DNA from: Sumerlaeia bacterium
Lineage (GTDB): Bacteria > Sumerlaeota > Sumerlaeia > SLMS01 > JAHLLQ01
Reading direction: 5' to 3'
Assembly (NCBI GenBank): GCA_040219255.1
Contig: JAVJSW010000028.1
Coordinates: 1 to 31,574, forward strand
Length of the DNA stretch: 31,574 bases
A program made the translations under genes and the position numbers. The notes beneath the pieces are model-generated. The model was not told where the DNA came from. It did no database searches and saw only the letters and a list, made by a program, of their open reading frames with translations. Shown here piece after piece: positions 7,303-17,214 of this stretch (position 1 is its first letter; every line of letters starts with the position of its first letter).

Positions 7303-10299
7303 GTGCCGATTCCACCCCAGACCACTCCTCGGGAGAATCCCACCCCCTTGATTTTTCGCAAGTTATTGTGCGCTCTCGCGTCGCTGCGCCTCACCGTTGC
7401 CCTGCTGGCGTTGTTCATGGTGCTGATTTTCGCCGGGACGCTGGCCCAGGCCCACGCGGGCGTCTGGCAGATCGTCGATGCGTACTTCCGCGGCCCGGTC
7501 GCCTGGATCGACCTCCAAATGTTCGTGCCGCCCGGCGTGGCCGAGGTCCCCTGGTCCATCCCCTTTCCCGGCGGCTTCACGCTGGCGCTGATGCTGATCG
7601 TGAACCTGCTGGCGGCGCACGCCGTGCGGTTTCGGTTCGCGGCGAAAAAGGCGGGGATATTGATCCTGCACCTCGGCTTGATTGTGCTGCTGGCGGGGGA
7701 ATTCGTCACCGGGCTCTTCGCCGAGGAAGGCCTGATGGCCATCGACGAAGGCGCCACCGCCCACTACGTCGAGGACATCCGCGAGGTCGAGTTGGCGCTG
7801 ATCGCCCCCCAGGGCGAAGGCCGCGTGGGCGTGACGTCCGTGCCGCAGTCTCTCCTGGAATCGGCGGCGAAGTCCGAGGTGGAACTGGACCTCCTCGACA
7901 CGCCCCTGAGCCTTCACGTCGAGGAGTGGCTGCCGAACGCCCGGCTCCTCAAGACCAGCGGCCCCACAACGGCCAACCAGGGCGTCGGCCGCGAAGCCAT
8001 CGCCGAGGAACTGCCCCGCGCCCGGGGCGTCGATGGCGGCCAGACCGACGCCCCCGCCGCCACCGTGACGCTGCTGCGCGACGGCCAGGCGCTTGGAACC
8101 TGGCTTCTCTGGGCTGGACTCGTCGATCCACAGACGGTGGAACTCAACGGCGAAGAATACGGCCTGGCGCTTCGCTACCGGCGCACCTACAAGCCCTACG
8201 CGCTGCATTTGCTGGACTTTCGGCACGATCGCCACGTCGGGACGAATATCGCCAAGAACTTCTCGAGCCGCGTGCGCCTCATCGATCCGGAAACAAATAC
8301 GCATCGCGAGGTTCTGATTTCCATGAACAACCCGCTCCGGTATCGGGGCGACACGTTCTATCAGGCGTCCTACAAACCCGATGGCACCGGCACGATCTTG
8401 CAGGTCGTGCGCAATCCGGGGGCGCTGCTGCCGTATGTGGCGTGCGCGCTGGTGGCGGGCGGGCTGCTGTTTCAGTTTGGTTGGTCCCTGTTCGCGTTTC
8501 TGCGGCGGCGCGGGGCGACGTCCCCCTCCGCCAGCGAAGCCCCCGCCCCCGCCGCGGGACCGGGCCGCATTCTGGGTGGCGGCCGACTGCTGCCCTGGGC
8601 CGCGGCGGGCGTTGCGGTGCTGCTGGCGCTGTCGGCGCTGCTGAGGCCCGGCCCCGCCACCGAGTTCGACCTCGACGCCTTCGGCCGCCTGCCGGTCACA
8701 GCCAACGGGCGCCTCAAGCCCATGGACACCGCCGCGCGCCACTTGCTGAAGATGGCCGGGGGGCGGGAAACCGCCGCCTCGGACGACCGCGAACTGACCG
8801 CCACCCAGTACGCCCTCGCGCTGATGACCCAACCCGAGTCCATCCAGGACATTCCGGTGGTGCGCGTGGATCATCCGGGGGTGCTGGCGCTGCTGGAGAA
8901 AGCCCCGGAGGAGGGTGGCCGCCTGCCCCTGTCCGCCATCGAGCCCCACTGGAGCGCCGTGGCCCAGCAGGCCAGCCAGGCCCTCGCCATCGACCGCACC
9001 CGGCGCGATCTGTTCCAGCGTAGCGTCATCGAACTGCACGACAGAGTCAGTCTGCTGCTGTCCTACGCCAGCATGCGCGAGCCCTACCTGATCCCGCCGC
9101 ACGGGCCCGGCGAGTCCTGGCGCCCCTTCCACGACGCCTTTCTCGAATCGCGCCACGGCGGCGCCCGCCATCTGGAGGAGCTGCCGCCTGGCTTGGCCTA
9201 CATCCTGGCGATGATGACCGCCCACGGCGAAGGCGACGCCGCCGGATTCAACAGCGCCGTTCAGGCCTACGAGACGCAGCTCGAGCGCGATATGCCCGGT
9301 GTCATGCGCCGCATGTCGGCCGAGGTGCTTTTCAACCGCGCCTCGCCGTTCCTCGGCGCGATGGCGGTGTACGTCCTGGCGTTTCTGCTGCTGGCGGGGG
9401 CGCTGCTGAGCCAGTTTCGCGGCGGGTCCGGCGCGGACGCGCCGCCGCTCCTCGCCGAGCGCCTGCGGGTGGCGGCGGTGGGGTTGCTGTGGGGAGGCTT
9501 TCTGGTACACACGCTGGCGATCGTGATGCGCGTTTGGCTCCAGGACCGGCCTCCGGTGACCAACCTCTACTCCTCCGCCATTTTCGTTGGCTGGGCGGCG
9601 GTGCTGACGGCGCTGCTGCTGGAACGGCTCTACCGCCTCGGGGTGGCGGCGCTGGCGGCGGCGGCGGTGGGTTTCGCGACGCTGGTGGTGGCCCACAATC
9701 TCGGCAGCGACGGCGACACGATGCCGATGATGCAGGCCGTTCTCGACAGCAACTTCTGGCTCGCGACCCACGTCGTGACGATCACGCTGGGCTACTCGGC
9801 AACGTTCCTGGCGGGGACGCTGGCGACCGCGTACATCGTGCTGGGGGTGTTCACGCGGCACCTGACGCCGGATCGAGTCCGGGGCCTCGGCCGCATGGTT
9901 TACGGCACGGTCTGTTTCGCCCTGCTGCTCAGCTTCACCGGCACGGTTCTCGGCGGTATCTGGGCGGACCAGTCCTGGGGCCGGTTTTGGGGTTGGGACC
10001 CGAAGGAAAACGGCGCGGCGCTGGTGGTGTTGATCACGGCGATCATCCTGCACGCGCGCTGGGGCGGGCTCGTGCGGGCGCGAGGCATCATGGTGCTCGC
10101 CGTGGCTGGTAACATCGTGACCGCCTGGAGCTGGTTCGGCACCAACATGCTCGGCGTCGGGCTCCATTCCTACGGCTTCATGGACTCCGCCGTGTTCTGG
10201 CTGATGGTGTTTGTGGCGTCGCAGTTGCTTGTCATGGCGGTGGGCCTGACGCCGCCCGCTTTGTGGAGAAGCCCGGCACAGCTCTCGCGTTCCGCCTGA
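7303..10299 (+). CDS. ccsA: Fused ResB/CcsB-CcsA system II cytochrome c synthase (CcsBA, NrfI-like context)
   Basis: N-terminal LASLRLTV/LHLG and ISMNNPLRY..FYQAS (ResB-like). C-terminal WWD motif WADQSWGRFWGWDPKE at 9961-10008, with His motifs ATHV, LHAR and GLHSY. Start uncertain (GTG 7303 or TTG 7348). Confidence 0.92.
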   Translation: MPIPPQTTPRENPTPLIFRKLLCALASLRLTVALLALFMVLIFAGTLAQAHAGVWQIVDAYFRGPVAWIDLQMFVPPGVAEVPWSIPFPGGFTLALMLIVNLLAAHAVRFRFAAKKAGILILHLGLIVLLAGEFVTGLFAEEGLMAIDEGATAHYVEDIREVELALIAPQGEGRVGVTSVPQSLLESAAKSEVELDLLDTPLSLHVEEWLPNARLLKTSGPTTANQGVGREAIAEELPRARGVDGGQTDAPAATVTLLRDGQALGTWLLWAGLVDPQTVELNGEEYGLALRYRRTYKPYALHLLDFRHDRHVGTNIAKNFSSRVRLIDPETNTHREVLISMNNPLRYRGDTFYQASYKPDGTGTILQVVRNPGALLPYVACALVAGGLLFQFGWSLFAFLRRRGATSPSASEAPAPAAGPGRILGGGRLLPWAAAGVAVLLALSALLRPGPATEFDLDAFGRLPVTANGRLKPMDTAARHLLKMAGGRETAASDDRELTATQYALALMTQPESIQDIPVVRVDHPGVLALLEKAPEEGGRLPLSAIEPHWSAVAQQASQALAIDRTRRDLFQRSVIELHDRVSLLLSYASMREPYLIPPHGPGESWRPFHDAFLESRHGGARHLEELPPGLAYILAMMTAHGEGDAAGFNSAVQAYETQLERDMPGVMRRMSAEVLFNRASPFLGAMAVYVLAFLLLAGALLSQFRGGSGADAPPLLAERLRVAAVGLLWGGFLVHTLAIVMRVWLQDRPPVTNLYSSAIFVGWAAVLTALLLERLYRLGVAALAAAAVGFATLVVAHNLGSDGDTMPMMQAVLDSNFWLATHVVTITLGYSATFLAGTLATAYIVLGVFTRHLTPDRVRGLGRMVYGTVCFALLLSFTGTVLGGIWADQSWGRFWGWDPKENGAALVVLITAIILHARWGGLVRARGIMVLAVAGNIVTAWSWFGTNMLGVGLHSYGFMDSAVFWLMVFVASQLLVMAVGLTPPALWRSPAQLSRSA

Positions 10300-10325
10300 G
10301 GGGAGATGCTGGTTCCGGAAAAAGA

Positions 10326-10506
10326 TCACCACAGAGCCACAGAGGACACAGAGAAGATTGGCGTTATTTGAGTTGAAGAAGGTAATTGGACCCACTCGAT
10401 CTTGTTGGGGTGACCAGGAATTGCCAGAGGGGACGACGCCGACCTGATCCCATCTGGTCTTCGATCTCTGTGAAAACTCTGACCTCTGTGCTCCCTGTTG
10501 TTGAAG
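10326..10506. repeat. Bipartite CACAGAG inverted-repeat element, copy 1
   Basis: Left arm TCACCACAGAGCCACAGAGGACACAGAGAAG (10326-10356). Right arm ATCTCTGTGAAAACTCTGACCTCTGTGCTCCCTGTTGTTGAAG (10464-10506). Confidence 0.85.
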
Positions 10507-10593
10507 CTTTACAGAGCGGCCAATGACTTCAGAATTGAGACTTGCGGATAACTGGACCGCTCCGATACGTTGCTCCCTAACCACCGCCGAAAG

Positions 10594-11148
10594 ATGTCTC
10601 CGATGACGACCGAGGGCCATCCCCAGGACCAGCCGAACGCCGAAACCCCGGCACCCCGCGCCACGCCGCGCGAAGTGCTCCGGGGGCTCTTTGTCCAGAT
10701 GGGATTCCTGTCCGTTTCCGTGGCCCTGCTGCTGGGCGTGCTGGCGGGGATGGGGGTCTTCACGTTCGGATACGGGGAAGGCCACGCCTACCTGTCGAAC
10801 GATCCGGCGGCCTGCGCCAACTGCCACATCATGCAGGACCACTACGACACCTGGCTGAAATCCAGCCACCACGGCGTCGCGACCTGTAACGACTGCCATT
10901 TGCCCCACAATTTCGTGGGCAAGTGGATCACCAAAGCGGACAACGGCTTTTTCCACTCCCTCGCCTTTACCACCGGCGATTTCCACGAACCGATCCAGAT
11001 CAAGGACCGCAACCAGCGCGTCACGCAGAACGCCTGTCTGTACTGCCACGGCGATTTCGTCCACAACATGCTGCCCGCCGAACCGGGCGGCGACATGCTG
11101 CAATGCGCGACCTGTCACAGCGACGTGGGGCATGCTCAGCGGCGCTGA
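10594..11148 (+). CDS. nrfH: Cytochrome c nitrite reductase small subunit (tetraheme NapC/NirT-family quinol dehydrogenase)
   Basis: N-terminal TM helix, YLSNDP motif, and four heme motifs (CANCH followed by IM, CNDCH, CLYCH, CATCH). Lies directly upstream of nrfA. Start at 10594 or 10603. Confidence 0.95.
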   Translation: MSPMTTEGHPQDQPNAETPAPRATPREVLRGLFVQMGFLSVSVALLLGVLAGMGVFTFGYGEGHAYLSNDPAACANCHIMQDHYDTWLKSSHHGVATCNDCHLPHNFVGKWITKADNGFFHSLAFTTGDFHEPIQIKDRNQRVTQNACLYCHGDFVHNMLPAEPGGDMLQCATCHSDVGHAQRR

Positions 11149-11199
11149 CGATTGAGCCCAGATTATTGATTTTCATGACCTTTCAGGAAGAGGACCACC

Positions 11200-12897
<1,698 letters not shown>

Positions 12898-12917
12898 GGG
12901 AATGGATCGCGAAGGCG

Positions 12918-13075
12918 ACGGATGGACCCCAACAGAAACTGAGGCGGCTCTTTCCACCCTTGAATCCTCAAGACCCCATTCGCCGCGCCTGCCGCCCTTT
13001 CCGCGTCGTTGCCGCATTTTTTTTCGTATTGAATCCTCTCTGAAAACCTCCGCCCCTGCGCCCATCCGTGGGCAA
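12918..13075. repeat. Degenerate member of the same intergenic repeat family, downstream of nrfA
   Basis: The reverse complement of ~13036-13071 (CCACGGATGGGCGCAGGGGCGGAGGTTTTCAGAGAG) resembles the 4-unit arm. ACGGATGG (12918) is inverted to CCATCCGT (13062). TTGAATCCTC is directly repeated at 12960 and 13029. Confidence 0.45.
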
Positions 13076-13180
13076 TTACGGTCTCACAACAAGCCACTCG
13101 GCACCCGGGACTTGCGTTGGGCGGGGGTTTTGTCTTAAGGGCTGGGGGTGAAGACTCCATCCCACGCCCCGGACGGTTCG

Positions 13181-14383
13181 ATGCGGATTCTGATCGCGCT
13201 CAATGCTTACGAGGAAGATGGCCCCGGAAATCTGGTTCTGCGGCTGTGCCAGCGCTGGAAGCCGCTGCAGGACGTGGACGTCGATACGGTGGCCCTGTCG
13301 CGGGGCGGGCCGTTGCAGCAGCGGCTGCGCGACATGGGCATTTCCGCGCACGTCGTGCCGACGCGGGGGGTGCTGGGGCTGACTCGTCTACGCGACTGGA
13401 TGAAGCAACTGATCGAGGGGCCGCGCCGGCCCGACGTCGTGCACAGCCATCTGCTGTGGCCCGATCTGGCGATGCGGGTGGTGCAGGACGAATTGAAGCG
13501 AAAGGGCATTCCGCTGGTGTCGACCTGCCATGGCCTGCACGCGGCGGGCGAGAAGGGGCTGCTGGGGCGCGTGGCGTATAACACGGCGGAGCGCCTGACG
13601 CGCGATCGGTGCGCGGCGTGGGCCGCGGTGTCCGAGGCCACCCGCGACGGAATGCTGCGGGCCGGTTATCCGAAGGATCGGGTCTATCTGATTCGCAACG
13701 GAGTCGATTGCGTGCAGACGTATCCGTTGAGCGACAACCGCAAGGCGGAGATGCGGGGGGTGCTGAACGTGCCGGTGGGGGCGCCGCTGATCGGGGCGGT
13801 GGGCAACCTGCGAACGCTGAAGGGGCACGATGTGCTGCTGCGGGCGATGCCGGCGATTCTCGAGCAGCACCCCCGCACCCAACTGCTGATCGTGGGCGAG
13901 GGACCGGAGCGGGGGCCCCTGCTGGCGCTGGCGCGGAGCCTCGGCGTGGCGGAGCATGTGCGCCTTGTGGGGCATTTGTCGGTGATGGTGTCCCAGGTCA
14001 TCGCGTCGCTGGACGTGCTGGTGCATCCGAGTCGCATCGAGGCGTTTGGACTGGTGGTGGCGGAGGCTCAGGCGTCGGCGGTGCCGGTGGTCTGCAGCCG
14101 GGTGGGTGGCTTGCCGGAGGCGCTGCGCGATGGCGAGACGGGGTTCCTGGTGGCGCCGGACGCTCCCGGGGAAATCGCGGAGCGGGTGGGGCGGTTGCTG
14201 GCGAGCGGAGAGTTGCGCGAGCTGATGGGGCGCGCGGGGCGCGAATTCGTGAACGACGAGCGGGAAGTGGGCAACGCGGCGGAGGCTTATCTGGAGCTGT
14301 ATCGCAAAGTGGCGGGCTGGGGGCCGGACCGGCGCATTTTCCCCCGCTCGGAAGCGGCGCCGGTGGAGGCGGGGAGGGCCTGA
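13181..14383 (+). CDS. GT4-family (group 1) glycosyltransferase
   Basis: N-terminus MRILIAL, then PDVVHSH, IRNGVD, GNLRTLKGH and EAFGLVVAEA (ExxGxxxxE). Confidence 0.93.
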   Translation: MRILIALNAYEEDGPGNLVLRLCQRWKPLQDVDVDTVALSRGGPLQQRLRDMGISAHVVPTRGVLGLTRLRDWMKQLIEGPRRPDVVHSHLLWPDLAMRVVQDELKRKGIPLVSTCHGLHAAGEKGLLGRVAYNTAERLTRDRCAAWAAVSEATRDGMLRAGYPKDRVYLIRNGVDCVQTYPLSDNRKAEMRGVLNVPVGAPLIGAVGNLRTLKGHDVLLRAMPAILEQHPRTQLLIVGEGPERGPLLALARSLGVAEHVRLVGHLSVMVSQVIASLDVLVHPSRIEAFGLVVAEAQASAVPVVCSRVGGLPEALRDGETGFLVAPDAPGEIAERVGRLLASGELRELMGRAGREFVNDEREVGNAAEAYLELYRKVAGWGPDRRIFPRSEAAPVEAGRA

Positions 14384-14401
14384 AAAGCGCCGGGCCCGGC
14401 G
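14384..14401 (-). terminator. Possible short intrinsic terminator between convergent genes
   Basis: Perfect palindrome CGCCGGGCCCGGCG (14388-14401), followed on the minus strand by CTTTT. Confidence 0.35.
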
Positions 14402-14407
14402 GCCGTT

Positions 14408-15451
14408 TCAGAATTGACGGGGGACTTCGCAGGAGCGGACGACCCGGTTGCGGCCGGTGCGCTTGGCGGCGTACAGCGCCTGATCGGCCTTTCCCAGCAG
14501 ATCGTCGCGGGTCAGGCCGTCGATCCCCAGGACGGCGACTCCGATGCTGCATGTCACGTGAAACGGGTTCCCGGCGTTGTCGAGGAACTCGGTTTTCTCC
14601 AGGGTGTGCCGAATGTGCTCGGCGACGATGGCGGCCTGATCTTCGTTGGTGTTCATGAGGGCGACGGCGAATTCCTCGCCCCCGAGGCGGCCGAGGAGAT
14701 CGGTGCCTCGAACGAGGCATTGGAGGAGCAGGCCGAAGTCCTTGAGCACGTTGTCGCCGACCAGATGGCCGTGGGTGTCGTTGACTTCTTTGAAGTGATC
14801 GAGGTCGAGGAAGAGGAGCGCCATGGGGATTTGGCGTTCAACGACAAGTTCGATGGCCTTGTCGAGTTCTTCGTTGAAGTAGCCTTTGTTGTGGAGCAGG
14901 GTGAGGAAGTCTTTGCGGGCGCGGGCCTGGAATTGGCGGCGTTCGGCGTCCAGGTTGGCGTTGGTGCGCTTGAGGACCCGGGTCAGCTCTTCCATCTCGG
15001 TGGCGTAGTTTTCCAAGAGGCGGCGGGCTTCGACCTGGCCGGTGATGATTTCGGTCAGGAAGAGCAGGCCGCCGATCCGTTCCTGGTCCAGGTACCAGGG
15101 CCGCACCTCCCAGCGGATGTAGTCGGTGGTGCCATCGATGCGGGGAAAGGGATCGGCGTCGCTGCGCATGGTGTGCCCTTCGAGGCACCGCTCGTGAATG
15201 CGCATCCATCGGCGCGGAATTTCTTTGAACACATCGTAATGGCATCGGCCGAGGATGTCCTGGCCGTGGAGTTTGTAGTCGTCGAGCCAGCGCTCGCTGA
15301 CGAGGAGGTAGCGCATGCGGCGGTCGAAGAGGGCGACGGCGACGGGCAGGTGCCGCAGGAGAATGGCCAGGAGGCCCGCGGGGTTCTCCATGGGGGAATC
15401 GGGCAGGGAACCGGGGGGGATGACGAGGTGGTCAGGCAATGATTCCATCAT
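14408..15451 (-). CDS. PAS-domain diguanylate cyclase
   Basis: PAS fold (LPVAVALFD..MRYL..S.RW), a coiled coil, then DFLTLLHNK, DLDHFKEVNDTHGHLVGD, an RGTD I-site and an intact GGEEF. Confidence 0.93.
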   Translation of the reverse strand: MMESLPDHLVIPPGSLPDSPMENPAGLLAILLRHLPVAVALFDRRMRYLLVSERWLDDYKLHGQDILGRCHYDVFKEIPRRWMRIHERCLEGHTMRSDADPFPRIDGTTDYIRWEVRPWYLDQERIGGLLFLTEIITGQVEARRLLENYATEMEELTRVLKRTNANLDAERRQFQARARKDFLTLLHNKGYFNEELDKAIELVVERQIPMALLFLDLDHFKEVNDTHGHLVGDNVLKDFGLLLQCLVRGTDLLGRLGGEEFAVALMNTNEDQAAIVAEHIRHTLEKTEFLDNAGNPFHVTCSIGVAVLGIDGLTRDDLLGKADQALYAAKRTGRNRVVRSCEVPRQF

Positions 15452-15568
15452 GGCGAAGGTGCTCCCGCAAGACCTTGGGGAAGGCATTACCCTACGACAG
15501 CAAGCGGGGGCGGGCAATAACAGACTGAGTCCGTCCCGGAATTATGCCGCTCTTGGAGGGGAAGTAGG

Positions 15569-15645
15569 TGGTGGGCCCAGCAGGACTCGAACCTGCAACC
15601 TACCGGTTATGAGCCGGCTGCGCTAACCAATTGCGCCATAGGCCC
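15569..15645 (-). tRNA. tRNA with CAU anticodon, most likely tRNA-Ile2 (lysidine)
   Basis: GGGCCTA TG GCGC AATTGGTTA GCGC A GCCGG CTCATAA CCGGT AGGTT GCAGG TTCGAGT CCTGC TGGGCCC A CCA forms a full cloverleaf with encoded CCA. G1-C72 pairing and the lack of a GGG/CCC anticodon stem exclude fMet. The C4-G69/C5-G68 acceptor pairs and overall sequence resemble Ile2. Confidence 0.93.
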
Positions 15646-15911
15646 ACGCTCAGGGGGTGGAGGGATGGGTTAGGCGCTGGGGGGTCTTCAAAGCAATGAA
15701 AAAGGGCGCGATGGGGCGGGCGGGGAAAGTTTGGCGGGATGCAAACTGGACTTGCAAGATTGGTCGGAGAAGTGTTTTTATCACAAAAATTTCCTAAGCC
15801 GTCCAAATTGTTTGGCAGTCGAATGGTTTGGCTTCCGATTTGCTGTCCCGGCCTTGTTGCATCGTCAATGGTGCAAAAATTTGCCAGTTTCTAAAGGGTT
15901 GCCTGATTCCC

Positions 15912-17171
15912 ATGCGCCGATTTGTCCCGATCCTTGCCGCTTTGGCTGTCTCTCTTGGGGGGGCGGTGGGCCGTGCCTCGGCCCAGGACGGGCCGCCGCC
16001 CGCGAACGTGGAGGTCCGGTCCGTGGAACGCGGCGCCGTGCAGGAGGAAATCACCCTGACGGCGACGATTCTGCCGCGCCGCTTCGCCAATCTCTCCGCC
16101 GCGGCCGAGGGCCAGGTGGAAGAAGTGATGTTCGAAGCGGGCGATGTGCTCCGCGAGGGCCAGCCGATGGTGCGCATCCGCACGGCGCCCACGCAGTTCC
16201 AACTCGACGAAGCCCGCGCTCAGGCGCAAAGTGCGAAAGCTCAACTCGACGAATTGCTGAACGGCACGCGCGCCGAAGATATCGAAGTGAGCCGCGCCGA
16301 GGTGCGCGACGCGGAGGCTCGCCGGGACCTGGCCAAGCTCGAAGCGGAGCGTTACCAGCGGCTCTTGGGCAGCAACACGGTGGCGCAGGCGGAGTACGAC
16401 CGCGCCGACGCGGAGCTGCGCCGCGCGGAGGCCGAAGTGTCACGCGCCAAAGCCGACCTGGCCCGCGACCTGGAAGGGCCGAGGCAGGAGGAAATCGCCC
16501 GCGCCCGAGCCGCCCACGAAGCGGCCAAGGCCCGCGTCGGCCAGTTGGAAGACGAGTTGGACCGGCACACGATCCGGGCGCCCTTCTTGTCGGTGGCCGG
16601 AAACAAGGGCACGGAAAAGGGCCAATGGCTGAGCGAGGGCGATGTCGTCGCGCGCGTGTCCGCCATCGGCGAGCTGTGGGCCGAGGCGAACTTGCCGGAG
16701 CGCTACTACCCCAATGTGAAGGTCGGTTCGAAGGCGTTTGTTGAAGTCGATGCGCTGGGCAGGCGCGTCTACCAGGTTCCCATCGCGGCGAAGGTGCCGC
16801 TGGCCGATCAGGCGTCGCGCTCGTTTCCCGTGCGGGCGCTGCTGAACAACGACGATTTTCAACTCGCGACGGGGATGTTCGCACGGATGCGAATTCTGTT
16901 GGAGCCGATGGACGGCGAAGTCGCCAATTCGCTGCTGGTTCCAAAGGACGCCGTCGTCCGCACCCCAGACGGCAGCCAGCAGGTCTGGGTCGCGGCCGGT
17001 GGGGATGGCCAAGGCATGCCGGCGGCGGAAATGCGCACGATCCAGACGGGCCGGTCCTTTGGCGACATGGTCGAGCTGGTGGGTCCGGGGCTGGCGGAAG
17101 ACGACCGCGTCGTGACGCGGGGCAACGAAGTGCTCCAGCCGGGGCAGCCGCTCAACATTCTGAATCAGTAG
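15912..17171 (+). CDS. RND efflux periplasmic adaptor (membrane fusion protein)
   Basis: Signal peptide, lipoyl halves (EGQVEEV..EAGD / IRAPF), a long alpha-hairpin, GMFAR and LLVPKDAV. Upstream of the RND pump. Confidence 0.93.
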   Translation: MRRFVPILAALAVSLGGAVGRASAQDGPPPANVEVRSVERGAVQEEITLTATILPRRFANLSAAAEGQVEEVMFEAGDVLREGQPMVRIRTAPTQFQLDEARAQAQSAKAQLDELLNGTRAEDIEVSRAEVRDAEARRDLAKLEAERYQRLLGSNTVAQAEYDRADAELRRAEAEVSRAKADLARDLEGPRQEEIARARAAHEAAKARVGQLEDELDRHTIRAPFLSVAGNKGTEKGQWLSEGDVVARVSAIGELWAEANLPERYYPNVKVGSKAFVEVDALGRRVYQVPIAAKVPLADQASRSFPVRALLNNDDFQLATGMFARMRILLEPMDGEVANSLLVPKDAVVRTPDGSQQVWVAAGGDGQGMPAAEMRTIQTGRSFGDMVELVGPGLAEDDRVVTRGNEVLQPGQPLNILNQ

Positions 17172-17214
17172 ACGTTTTTTTGCAATGTCCCCGCCGTGGG
17201 ATTAGGAGTGCTCC

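Noticed and set aside
442-11133. Very long antisense ORFs (442-3747 +, 3775-7131 +, 7363-11133 -), and likewise 11173-12732, 14414-15442 and 18301-20448
   Set aside because: These are shadows of real high-GC genes on the opposite strand, with no motifs of their own.
11166-11179. FNR-like site TTGAT-TTTC-ATGAC between nrfH and nrfA
   Set aside because: Only an 8/10 match, ~20 nt from the nrfA start inside a probable operon, with no supporting promoter.
14408-15645. Genomic island integrated at the tRNA 3' end
   Set aside because: No integrase, no duplicated tRNA 3' end seen in the window, and no obvious compositional shift in the adjacent genes.
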